From Vicinamibacteria bacterium (GTDB lineage Bacteria > Acidobacteriota > Vicinamibacteria > Vicinamibacterales > CAVVIG01), in the NCBI GenBank assembly GCA_041484265.1, contig JBGPHH010000002.1:1-52686 (forward strand): a stretch of 52,686 bases of DNA. Direction: 5' to 3'. Below the pieces are notes generated by a model. The model worked only from the letters and a program-made list of their open reading frames with translations, had not been told where the DNA came from and made no database searches. A program made the position numbers and the translations under genes. The first letter of the stretch is position 1, and every line of letters starts with the position of its first letter. This document shows, one piece after another, positions 33,363 to 43,700 of this stretch.

Positions 33363-33734
33363 CTATTGCTGCTGCGGTCGCCGCGCTGTTATGGACGACG
33401 CGGCGAGAATCGCGCTCAGCTCGTTGGCCTCTATCAGCAATCGTGTCACCTCCCGACCCCGGCTGATGCCTGCGTCGATCAATAACTCGAGCCACAGGCC
33501 GGATTCATCCGCCTCCTCAAGAGCCACGCCGATTCGAGGGGCGAACTCGGGCCGCGACCGCGAACGGCACGCAGCGCGGTAGTTGGATGCCACACCCGAA
33601 CAAGATCGGAGAAGCTGCCGTCCAACCGTCTTCGCCTCGTCTGTCGCCGGTAGCGTCCGGAGCAGAGCGATGACATCTAACGCAAATTGCTTTGTTCGAC
33701 GCTTCAGTTCGTCTGCCTGTTCACTCACGCGCAA
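33363..33734 (-). CDS. four-helix-bundle protein (23S rRNA intervening-sequence protein family)
   Basis: About 120 aa and all-helical. Family-like pattern: FALDVIALLRTLPATDEAKTVGRQLLRSCSGVASNYRAACRSRSRPEF...ALEEADESGLWLELL. The TTG/GTG start is uncertain. Confidence 0.7.
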   Translation of the reverse strand: MRVSEQADELKRRTKQFALDVIALLRTLPATDEAKTVGRQLLRSCSGVASNYRAACRSRSRPEFAPRIGVALEEADESGLWLELLIDAGISRGREVTRLLIEANELSAILAASSITARRPQQQ

Positions 33735-33813
33735 GTGCGGTGCATGTACCGATCCTTGCTCTCGCCATCAGAAATATTGGCCTATCCGCATGCCGAAGTT
33801 GGCTGTGAGGCAG

Positions 33814-33880
33814 AATCTTCAATCGTCAATCTGCAATCCAATCTGAATTCTGCAATCTGCAATCTGCAATCTGCAATGCG
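33814..33880. repeat. heptamer tandem array (AATCTGC-type, about 10 units, 3 perfect), inverted relative to 33301-33333
   Basis: aatcttc aatcgtc aatctgc aatcca atctga attctgc aatctgc aatctgc aatctgc aatgcg. The reverse complement has the core GCAGATT. Confidence 0.8.
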
Positions 33881-33892
33881 ATAATCACGTCC

Positions 33893-36030
<2,138 letters not shown>

Positions 36031-36034
<4 letters not shown>

Positions 36035-36384
36035 AGTTTCCCGTCGACATCTGGCTGAGAGGCACCGACGTGGCCACCACGTCCACGATAGACAGGGTCG
36101 AACGCGAGCCGAGCGCGTGGACCGAGTCCGACGTTCGTCTGGTGCTCGAAGGGATGCTCCGCGCCATGGATCGGCGCACCCGCCCGGACGGCAAGGATCG
36201 GCCGGTCGCGCTCCGAGGCCTGAGCTGGATCGTGAATCCGTACGAAGAAGGCGGCGTCGTGATCGCCATTGAGATTACATTGGGCGCCGCCGTGGCCGGT
36301 CCGTTCGACATCGACAAACGCGCGCTCGAGCGGATGATTGCCCGGGTGCTGGCGGAGCCCCCGACCTCGATGAGCGTGCATTAG
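36031..36384 (+). CDS. hypothetical protein (117 aa)
   Basis: ATGA overlap with the upstream gene and a 1-nt gap to the downstream receiver gene. No family was recognised. Confidence 0.55.
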
Positions 36385-36385
36385 A

Positions 36386-36784
36386 ATGGCCGGTATCAAG
36401 ACTATCCTGATCGTGGACGACGACAGTACGGTGCTGGATGTGTTGACGAGGGCCTTGGAGGGTTATCGGGTCTGGGCCGCGCGCGATCCTGACGAAGGGC
36501 TGAGGATGGCGAGGGGACTGACGTCGATCGACCTGCTCATCACCGATTTCATGATGCCGGAAATGACGGGCGACGAGCTGCTCGCGCGGGTGCGGGCGCT
36601 CAGGCCGAGTGTGAAGGTGATGATTCTCACCGGACACAGCGATCTGCTCGATACGGAAGGCCCGTCGTGGTGGACGAGCGAGGCCCATCTGGCCAAGCCC
36701 GTCGAGCTCCGGGCCGTGCGGACGATGGTCGCAAACCTGATTGGGCCGCCGGCTGTCCCTGATGAAAAATATCCTGATCGTTGA
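36386..36784 (+). CDS. single-domain response regulator (receiver only), paralog 1
   Basis: ILIVDDD, DLLITDFMMPEMTGDEL (phospho-acceptor Asp), ILTGHS, LAKPV. Confidence 0.85.
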   Translation: MAGIKTILIVDDDSTVLDVLTRALEGYRVWAARDPDEGLRMARGLTSIDLLITDFMMPEMTGDELLARVRALRPSVKVMILTGHSDLLDTEGPSWWTSEAHLAKPVELRAVRTMVANLIGPPAVPDEKYPDR

Positions 36785-37130
36785 CGACGATCGTGCGGTG
36801 CTCGAGGTGCTCGGTCGAGCACTGGTCGGCTACCGGGTCCGGCTCGCGTTCGATCCCGAAGAAGCGCTGCGGATAGCCGTCGGCCTGGTATCCCTCGACC
36901 TGCTGATCACCGATTTCATGATGCCGGAGATGATGGGTGACGAACTGTCGGGCCGGTTGCGAGCTGTCCGACCGAACCTCAAAGTGCTGATTCTCACCGG
37001 GCACAGCGACCTGCTCGAGCGCGAGAAACCGCCGTGGTGGACGACCGAGCCGCACCTGGCCAAACCCGTCGAACTCGGCCGCCTGCAGGCCGTCGTCGCT
37101 GAATTGATTGGGCCGCCAGAGGAGGCATGA
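36762..37130 (+). CDS. single-domain response regulator (receiver only), paralog 2
   Basis: MKNILIVDDD, DLLITDFMMPEMMGDEL, ILTGHS, LAKPV. Its 5' end overlaps paralog 1 by 23 nt, and its stop overlaps the tatC start (ATGA). Confidence 0.8.
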   Translation: MKNILIVDDDRAVLEVLGRALVGYRVRLAFDPEEALRIAVGLVSLDLLITDFMMPEMMGDELSGRLRAVRPNLKVLILTGHSDLLEREKPPWWTTEPHLAKPVELGRLQAVVAELIGPPEEA

Positions 37131-37984
37131 TGAATCCACGCCCGCACCGCGTTCCGCCGGAAGAACCGGAGAACGATCCTGGACCAGGCCAGATGGGATT
37201 CCTGGAGCATCTGGACGAGCTGCGGAAGCGCATCGTCCGATCGTGCATCGCCATCGGCGTCGGGATGCTGGTGGCGTTCGCGTTCGTCGACCCGCTTTCC
37301 GACTTCGTCCTCGCGCCGACCTTCCGCGCGCTGCCTCCCGGGACCCAGCTGATCTTCATCAGGCCTGGTGAAGCGTTCTCCTTCTACATGGATATCGCGC
37401 TCATCGGCGGCGTCGTGCTCGCCGCGCCGCTTGTGATGTATCAGGTCTGGCGCTTCGTCGCGCCGGCTCTGTATGCGAAGGAGAAGCGATTCGTCGTGCC
37501 GTTCGTCGTCCTGACGACAATCGGGACCATCATGGGAGCCCTCTTCAGCCATTACGTCTTGTTTCCCGCGACAATCAGCTTTTTCGGAACCTTCCACTCG
37601 TCGAAGTTGAAATTCATGCCGAGCGTCGAGTACACGTTCGAGCTCTACAAGAACCTGTTGCTCGGGATGGTCGTCGTCTTTCAGCTGCCGACGCTGGTGT
37701 TCTTCCTGGCGAAGATGCGCCTCGTGACCGCACGATTCCTCTGGCGCAACTTCAAGTACGCGATCCTCGGTATCTTCATCGTGGCGGCCGTCCTCACGCC
37801 ATCACCCGATCCCTGGGACCAGACGATCTTTGCGTTGCCCATGATCGGTCTGTACCTGATCAGTATCCTCATCGCCTGGATTGTGGGACCGAAGCGCGAT
37901 CAGGAGACCGCCGCTCAGGTAGACACGAAGCTTCGCCTCGTCATCGGGGCCATGGTGCTCGATCAGGCTCGACGACGAACGTAA
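37127..37984 (+). CDS. tatC: twin-arginine translocase subunit TatC
   Basis: FLEHLDELRKRIV, six TM segments, LAAPLVMYQVWRFVAPALYAKEKR, VLTPSPDPWDQ. Confidence 0.9.
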   Translation: MMNPRPHRVPPEEPENDPGPGQMGFLEHLDELRKRIVRSCIAIGVGMLVAFAFVDPLSDFVLAPTFRALPPGTQLIFIRPGEAFSFYMDIALIGGVVLAAPLVMYQVWRFVAPALYAKEKRFVVPFVVLTTIGTIMGALFSHYVLFPATISFFGTFHSSKLKFMPSVEYTFELYKNLLLGMVVVFQLPTLVFFLAKMRLVTARFLWRNFKYAILGIFIVAAVLTPSPDPWDQTIFALPMIGLYLISILIAWIVGPKRDQETAAQVDTKLRLVIGAMVLDQARRRT

Positions 37985-37995
37985 GGTCCGCCGGG

Positions 37996-38736
37996 ATGGG
38001 ACTCATCGGTCTTTTCTATCCGTGGGGATTCATCCTGCAGGCGGCGGCCTTGCTCCATTTCGTCCGGCGCCGGCCCGACACCTACTGGCTCTGGATCATT
38101 CTCATCGGCGGCGGGCTCGGGGCGCTGGTCTACATGGCGGCGGAAGTCGTGCCCGATGTGGAGTTCCTGCGTGGTTCGCTGAACACGTTTGCTCGTCGTC
38201 GAAGAGTCCGCGAACTGGAAACGATCATTCTCGACAATCCGTCAATCGGCAACCGCGAGGAGCTCGCCGATCTTTATCTCGAGGAGGGCGAATTCGCTCG
38301 CGCACGCGAGCTCTACAATCAGATTCTCGCTAAGCGAACCGACTCGCTCGATCCGTTCTATCGACGTGGACTCGCGGCCCTGGAGATGGGCGATATGACG
38401 TCCGCGCTCGCGGATCTCGAACGGGTCGTCTCGAAGGATCCGAAGTACGATTTCTATCGGGCGATTGGGCTGCTCGGAGAGGTCTACGGCCGGACCGATC
38501 AGCCCGAGAAGGCGGAGGCCGCGTTCAAGAGCGCCACCGATATTTCCACGCTGTCGGAGACGTACTACAACTACGCATCGTTTCTCGCAGCCCACCAGCG
38601 CACGGCCGAGGCCAGGGAGTGGGCCGAACGGATTCTGGCCAAGAAACCGACCATGCCGCGGTATCTCCGCAGGCGTGAGCGGCCGTGGTTTTGGAAGGCT
38701 AGCGCGCTGCTGAAACGACTTCCCGCGCGCGTATAA
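37996..38736 (+). CDS. membrane-anchored TPR-repeat protein
   Basis: Two N-terminal TM helices followed by TPR-like helical repeats (LADLYLEEGEFARARELYNQIL, RRGLAALEMGDMTSALADLERVV). Confidence 0.7.
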   Translation: MGLIGLFYPWGFILQAAALLHFVRRRPDTYWLWIILIGGGLGALVYMAAEVVPDVEFLRGSLNTFARRRRVRELETIILDNPSIGNREELADLYLEEGEFARARELYNQILAKRTDSLDPFYRRGLAALEMGDMTSALADLERVVSKDPKYDFYRAIGLLGEVYGRTDQPEKAEAAFKSATDISTLSETYYNYASFLAAHQRTAEAREWAERILAKKPTMPRYLRRRERPWFWKASALLKRLPARV

Positions 38737-38737
38737 T
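38725..38737 (+). promoter_or_regulatory. GCGCGCGTATAAT box overlapping the stop of the TPR gene, 21 nt upstream of the next ATG
   Basis: The same 13-mer recurs at 50355-50367 and 52055-52067. GGAGGAAG RBS lies between the box and ATG 38759. Confidence 0.4.
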
Positions 38738-38758
38738 CCAGCCGGAGGAAGTGAATAT

Positions 38759-39607
38759 ATGAGGCGCATGCTGTGGCGTTCGGTTTCGTTGACCCTGGCG
38801 GCGGCGGCGTGCCTCGCGGCGAGCCCGCCGGCCATGCCGTTTCAGCAGGCCCCGGCGCCGGCGGGGCCCTCGGCGCCGGTCAGTTCCAAAGTCTGGATTG
38901 GTCGCAACGCGGAGTACGAGGCGTTTCTCCGGACCGTAGAGATTACACGGACGGAAGGCTTCAAGAAGGGTGTGACCGGGAAGACCAAGCATGCCTTCTT
39001 CAAGCCCGGCGGGCTGGCCGCCGAAGGGGCGCTCAGAACGGCGCGTCCGGGTTTCTACGACGGCTTCTTCGAAAGCCACCAGTCCGAGCCTGCCGCGTAC
39101 CGGCTCGATCGGTTGCTCGAGCTCGACATGGTGCCACCGGCCGTGGAGCGTCAGTACAACGGTGAGGCGGTGTCGCTGCAGATCTTCATCGGGAATACGA
39201 GGGATCTGAGAGATATCACCGTCCAGAAGTTGCACGCCCCAGATCCTACCAGATGGAACTATGAGCTCCATCGCGCGTACATGTTCGATGACCTCGTGGC
39301 GAATATCGACGATAACGCGACCAACCTGATGTTCGATCCGCAGTGGAATCTGATCAAGATCGATTGCTCGCGCTGCTTCACGAACATGCTGGTGCAGCCG
39401 TTCGAGATCGGCACGAAGCTCAGTCAAATCGATCGACCGTTCTTCGATCGCGTGAAGGCGCTCGACAAGGCCACGGTCGCGCGTGAAATCGGCGATTTGG
39501 TCGAAGGGGGCGCGGTCGATGCGCTCTTTGCGCGGCGTAACGCCATCATCAAAGCCTTCGAGAAGTTGGCGATGCAGAAGGGCGCGAGCCAGGTCTTTGT
39601 TCCCTGA
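38759..39607 (+). CDS. secreted hypothetical protein with atypical-kinase-like (PI3/4-kinase or HipA-like) loop motifs
   Basis: Signal peptide (SVSLTLAAAACLAA). EPAAYRLDRLLELDMVPP and FDDLVANIDDNATNLMF...LIKIDCSRCF resemble catalytic and activation-loop patterns of atypical kinases. The functional call is tentative. Confidence 0.55.
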   Translation: MRRMLWRSVSLTLAAAACLAASPPAMPFQQAPAPAGPSAPVSSKVWIGRNAEYEAFLRTVEITRTEGFKKGVTGKTKHAFFKPGGLAAEGALRTARPGFYDGFFESHQSEPAAYRLDRLLELDMVPPAVERQYNGEAVSLQIFIGNTRDLRDITVQKLHAPDPTRWNYELHRAYMFDDLVANIDDNATNLMFDPQWNLIKIDCSRCFTNMLVQPFEIGTKLSQIDRPFFDRVKALDKATVAREIGDLVEGGAVDALFARRNAIIKAFEKLAMQKGASQVFVP

Positions 39608-39665
39608 TCTCCGACGTCAGACCCCGGACCCCGCTCTGCAGCAGGTCGTCGACCGGTTCTATCCG

Positions 39666-40502
39666 ATGGAGCGGCTGCACCCGACGAACGACGGGGAGCG
39701 CTATGCCTGCTACCAGGTGCTTCGCACCACTCCGACCAACGAGCCCGCGCTGGTGATCGCGGCGTATACGGACCGATCGGCGGGGGCCATCCGCGTGCTG
39801 AGGCGGACCGACAGCGGCACGTTCGAGGTCGCCGACGACAGCCCCGACAGCTGGGCGTTCTCCGGCACCGACTGTCGAATCCGCATCCAGGACCTGGACT
39901 TCGACGGCCAGCCGGAAGCGATCGTCTACTTCGTGGGGGTAAGGGCCTCTCCCGGATGGGTTCTCCGATGGGACGGCACGAAACTCCTGAACCTCACGCC
40001 GACCAAGATTGACCGCGGCCGCGAGTCGTCGCTCCTGCTGAGTCCGGCGGTGTATGACCTCGAGCACACGGGATCGTTGCGCATCATCGCGGCCAGAGAG
40101 ATCGAGCCGCCTGGTTCAGGGCTGTCTCGCAGCCCGGCGTTCGTGTACCGCCTGGGGCCGGCACGATACGAGATGGAGAAAGGGATCCTGGCTGTCATGG
40201 GATTCCGGGCCGACGTCGACCCGCGCGGCAACGTTCGCGTCTTCGGGCTCGTTCAGGACTCAGTCCCGCCGTGGAGGCTGCGGATCATCAACGGCGATCG
40301 ATCGGGCAGGAACCGCGTGACCGGCGCTACCATCCGCATCAACGACCAGGAGGTGACCGGACCGTGGATTGTGAACGAGCGAACCGAGTTCACGACCACA
40401 ACGATCCCGTCGCTGACCACCGTGAATCATCTGACGGCGACACTGACCGGACCGGATGAGGCGTTCATCACCGTGCTCGTCGAGGACAGCACGCAGCGCT
40501 AG
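39666..40502 (+). CDS. hypothetical protein
   Basis: Lies in ORF 39483-40502. ATG 39666 is the first Met after the upstream stop (alternative TTG 39597). There is no signal peptide and no recognised family. Confidence 0.45.
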   Translation: MERLHPTNDGERYACYQVLRTTPTNEPALVIAAYTDRSAGAIRVLRRTDSGTFEVADDSPDSWAFSGTDCRIRIQDLDFDGQPEAIVYFVGVRASPGWVLRWDGTKLLNLTPTKIDRGRESSLLLSPAVYDLEHTGSLRIIAAREIEPPGSGLSRSPAFVYRLGPARYEMEKGILAVMGFRADVDPRGNVRVFGLVQDSVPPWRLRIINGDRSGRNRVTGATIRINDQEVTGPWIVNERTEFTTTTIPSLTTVNHLTATLTGPDEAFITVLVEDSTQR

Positions 40503-40509
40503 CGCCGCC

Positions 40510-43500
40510 TTAGGCGACTGCCGGCTCGGTGATGCGCCGGCGCGAGCGGAGCGCCTTGAACGAGGCCATGTAGGTGTAGACGACGGGCGTCAGATAGAGC
40601 GTGATGAGCTGCGAGACCACGAGCCCGCCAATCACGGCGAGACCCAGCGGACGCCGCGCTTCGCCGCCGGCCCCGAGGCCCAGAGCGATCGGCAGCGCCC
40701 CGAAGAGTGCGGCGGCGGTCGTCATCATGATCGGCCGGAAGCGAATCAAGCAGCCTTCGAGAATCGCCTCGGCCGGCGTGCAGCCGCGCTGACGCTCCGC
40801 CTCGAGCGCGAAGTCCACCTGCATAATCGCGTTCTTCTTGACGAGTCCGATGAGCATGATCAGGCCGACGAACGAGTAGATATTCAACTCGTTGCCGAAG
40901 AGCCAGAGGGTGACGAGCGCGCCCAATCCGGCCGACGGCAGCCCGGAGAGAATGGTGAGCGGCTGCGTGTAGCTTTCGTACAACATGCCCAAAACGATGT
41001 AGACGACGCCGATCGCGATGAAGAGCAATAACCCCATGTTCTCCATCGCGGCTTCGAACACTTTGGCTGAGCCCTGGAACTGGGTCGTGACGGTCGGCGG
41101 CAAGACCTGTTTGGCAACGGTCTTAATGGCGTCGGTGGCGGTGCCGAGCGCCACGCCGGGCCGCAGCCCGAACGAGATGCTGACCGCGGGAAGCTGACCG
41201 GAGTGGTTCACCGCCTGCGGTCCAACGGTCTCCTGGAAATGCACGACCGACTCGAGCGGCACGAGCGCGCCCTTCGTCGTCTTGAACGCGATTCTCTGCA
41301 GCGAGTCGGCGTACTCCTGATACTTGGGATCGATCTCGAGCAGCACACGATATTGCGTCTTCGCGCCGTAGATGGTCGAGGACCATTTGGGGCCCAGGCC
41401 GTCGTTGAGCGCCGTGGAGACTTCCGTGGCGTTCAAACCGATAGAGGCGGCTTTGTCGCGGTCGATCACCAGATTGACGCGCGGACTCTTGATCTCCATG
41501 TCGTCGGAGACATCCTGTAATTGCGGCAGCTCGGCGATCGCCTTCTCGAGCCGTGGCGCCCACGCATAGAGTTCGTCGGTGTTCGCGCTCTGCACCGTCA
41601 GAGTGTAGCTGCTGTTGCTCGTCCTCGCGCCGATGTTGAGGGCGGCGGGGACCGTGACGGACGTGCGGAATCCGGGGAAGCGCGCGAGCGCCGGCCGCAG
41701 CTGCGCCGCAATCTGCGTGGAGGTCAGCGTCCGCGCCTGACGCGGCGTCAAGACCACGGCGATATTCGCGGTATTCCCGCCGCCAATGTTCAAGAAGAAG
41801 TTACTGACGTTGGGATTCTGGATGACGACGTCGGCGACTTTTCTCGCCGAGGTGACCATCTCCTGGAACGCCGTGCCCTGCGCGGCTCGCACCGACACGC
41901 TGATCTGGTCGTTGTCCTGCTCGGGGATGAAACCCTTGGGCACGATGCCGAACATCTCGACCGTCGCGACGAGTACCGCCACAAACACGACGAGCATCGC
42001 CATTCGGTGTCGTAAGACCAGGCCGAGGCTCCACTTGTAGGCGCCAAACATCCCGTCGAAGAGCCGTTCCATCAAACCGGCGAGCCCGCGCTTCGAATGC
42101 AGATTCGCCACCCGCAGGAACCGGCTGCACAACATCGGCGTCAGCGTGACGGACACGACGCCGGAGATGATGATCGCCGTCATGATCGTGACGGCGAACT
42201 CGCGGAAGAGCCGGCCCAGGATGCCGCTCATGAACAGAATCGGGATGAACACGGCGGCGAGCGATGTCGTCATCGTGACGATCGTGAAGAGGATCTCCTT
42301 GGAGCCTTTCAGTGCCGCCTGGAGCGGCGGCTCGCCGTTCTCCATATGCCGCACGATGTTCTCGAGCATCACGATCGCATCGTCCACGATGAAGCCGATC
42401 GAGAGGATGAGCGCCATCATCGAGAGGTTGTTGAGGCTGAAGTGCAGCAGCTCCATGACGGCGAACGTGCCCAGGATGGTAAACGGCAGCGCGAGGGCGG
42501 GAATCAGCGTCGCCGATCCGTTCCTGAGAAACACGAAGATGACGCCGACCACGAGGACGAACGTGACGAGCATCGTCAGCCGGATATCCGAGAACGCCTT
42601 GCGGATGTTCTGGGAATAGTCGCGGGTGATGAGCAGATGCGCCGCCGGCGGCAGTTCCGCGTCGAACACGGGCAGCACGCGACGAATCGCGTCGGTCACC
42701 TCGATGGTATTGGTGCCGGGCTGCTTGGTGACTTGCACGAACACTTCGCGCTTCGGCTCGAGGTTCTTCCTGTACATCCACGCGGCTGTCCTGGTGTTCT
42801 CCACGCTGTCGATGACGGTCGCCAGGTCGCCGAGCCGCACGGGCGCGCCATGCCGGTACGCGACGACGAGCGGCCGAAAGGCGTCGGCGCTGCCAAGTTG
42901 ACCGCCCACTCTGATGGTGTGAGTGGCCGTCGGGCCAAACAGCTGGCCGGTCGGGAGGTTGACGTTCCCGGCCTGCAGCGCCTGGTCGATTTCGTTGAGA
43001 CCGATCTGCTGGGCCTTGAGCTTGTCGGGATCGACCTGCACGCGCACGGCGTACTTCTGCTGGCCGCCGACCGTCACTAGGCCGACGCCGCTGACCATCG
43101 AGATGCGCGGCACGATCAGGGTTTCGAGGTAATCGTTGAGCACCGAGAGCGGCATCGTGCTCGAGAGCAGCCCGATGGTCATAATCGACGAATCCGCCGG
43201 ATTCGTTTTCCTGAACGAGGGCGGCGACGTCATGCCGGTCGGCAGAAGGGGCATCGCGGCGGCGATCTGCGTCTGAACATCAACCGAGGCGCCTTCGATG
43301 TTCCGGTCCAGCGCGAACTGCAGGGTGACGTTCGAGTTGCCGGAGGTACTAGCGGAGGTCATGTCCTCGAGACCGGCAATCGAGGTGAACTGCCGCTCGA
43401 GCGGGCTAGCGACGGTCGAGGCCATCGCGCCGGGGTCGCTCCCCGGCAGGCCGGCGCTGACGCTGATGGTGGGATAGTCGACGTTCGGCAGATCGCTGAC

Positions 43501-43599
43501 CGGGAGCGCCCGGTAGGCCACCGCGCCGAAGAGCGCAATGCCCAGCATGAGGAGGCTCGTCGCGATAGGCCGCCGGATGAACGTCTCGGAGATGTTCAC
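40510..43599 (-). CDS. RND (HAE1, MdtB/MdtC-like) efflux permease, paralog 1
   Basis: From GTG 43599: VNISETFIRRPIATSLLMLGIALFG..., 12-TM AcrB-like architecture, 1029 aa. The start was chosen by homology with paralog 2. The track ORF extension to 44079 overlaps the kinase gene and is rejected. Confidence 0.85.
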   Translation of the reverse strand: MNISETFIRRPIATSLLMLGIALFGAVAYRALPVSDLPNVDYPTISVSAGLPGSDPGAMASTVASPLERQFTSIAGLEDMTSASTSGNSNVTLQFALDRNIEGASVDVQTQIAAAMPLLPTGMTSPPSFRKTNPADSSIMTIGLLSSTMPLSVLNDYLETLIVPRISMVSGVGLVTVGGQQKYAVRVQVDPDKLKAQQIGLNEIDQALQAGNVNLPTGQLFGPTATHTIRVGGQLGSADAFRPLVVAYRHGAPVRLGDLATVIDSVENTRTAAWMYRKNLEPKREVFVQVTKQPGTNTIEVTDAIRRVLPVFDAELPPAAHLLITRDYSQNIRKAFSDIRLTMLVTFVLVVGVIFVFLRNGSATLIPALALPFTILGTFAVMELLHFSLNNLSMMALILSIGFIVDDAIVMLENIVRHMENGEPPLQAALKGSKEILFTIVTMTTSLAAVFIPILFMSGILGRLFREFAVTIMTAIIISGVVSVTLTPMLCSRFLRVANLHSKRGLAGLMERLFDGMFGAYKWSLGLVLRHRMAMLVVFVAVLVATVEMFGIVPKGFIPEQDNDQISVSVRAAQGTAFQEMVTSARKVADVVIQNPNVSNFFLNIGGGNTANIAVVLTPRQARTLTSTQIAAQLRPALARFPGFRTSVTVPAALNIGARTSNSSYTLTVQSANTDELYAWAPRLEKAIAELPQLQDVSDDMEIKSPRVNLVIDRDKAASIGLNATEVSTALNDGLGPKWSSTIYGAKTQYRVLLEIDPKYQEYADSLQRIAFKTTKGALVPLESVVHFQETVGPQAVNHSGQLPAVSISFGLRPGVALGTATDAIKTVAKQVLPPTVTTQFQGSAKVFEAAMENMGLLLFIAIGVVYIVLGMLYESYTQPLTILSGLPSAGLGALVTLWLFGNELNIYSFVGLIMLIGLVKKNAIMQVDFALEAERQRGCTPAEAILEGCLIRFRPIMMTTAAALFGALPIALGLGAGGEARRPLGLAVIGGLVVSQLITLYLTPVVYTYMASFKALRSRRRITEPAVA

Positions 43600-43631
43600 T
43601 GCTTTCACCCCCCCCGTTGCCTGACCGATTC

Positions 43632-43672
43632 CGGCATTGTAGGGGTTTCGCCCGGCCAATGCGAGGTGAATC
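43632..43672 (-). promoter_or_regulatory. conserved 41-nt upstream block with TACAAT (sense strand), copy 1
   Basis: cggcattgtaggggtttcgcccggccaatgcgaggtgaatc, versus copy 2 at 49630-49670. The first 16 nt and about 17 of the last 19 nt are identical. Confidence 0.4.
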
Positions 43673-43700
43673 AGGCGACCGCCGGCGTGCGCGTTTGCGG

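Noticed and set aside
42097-43080. Plus-strand ORFs opposite the RND genes (42097-43080, 48351-49640, 40456-41031, 46818-47288 and others)
   Set aside because: They are antisense shadows of the RND permease genes. The translations are Arg/Asp/His-rich with no domain signatures.
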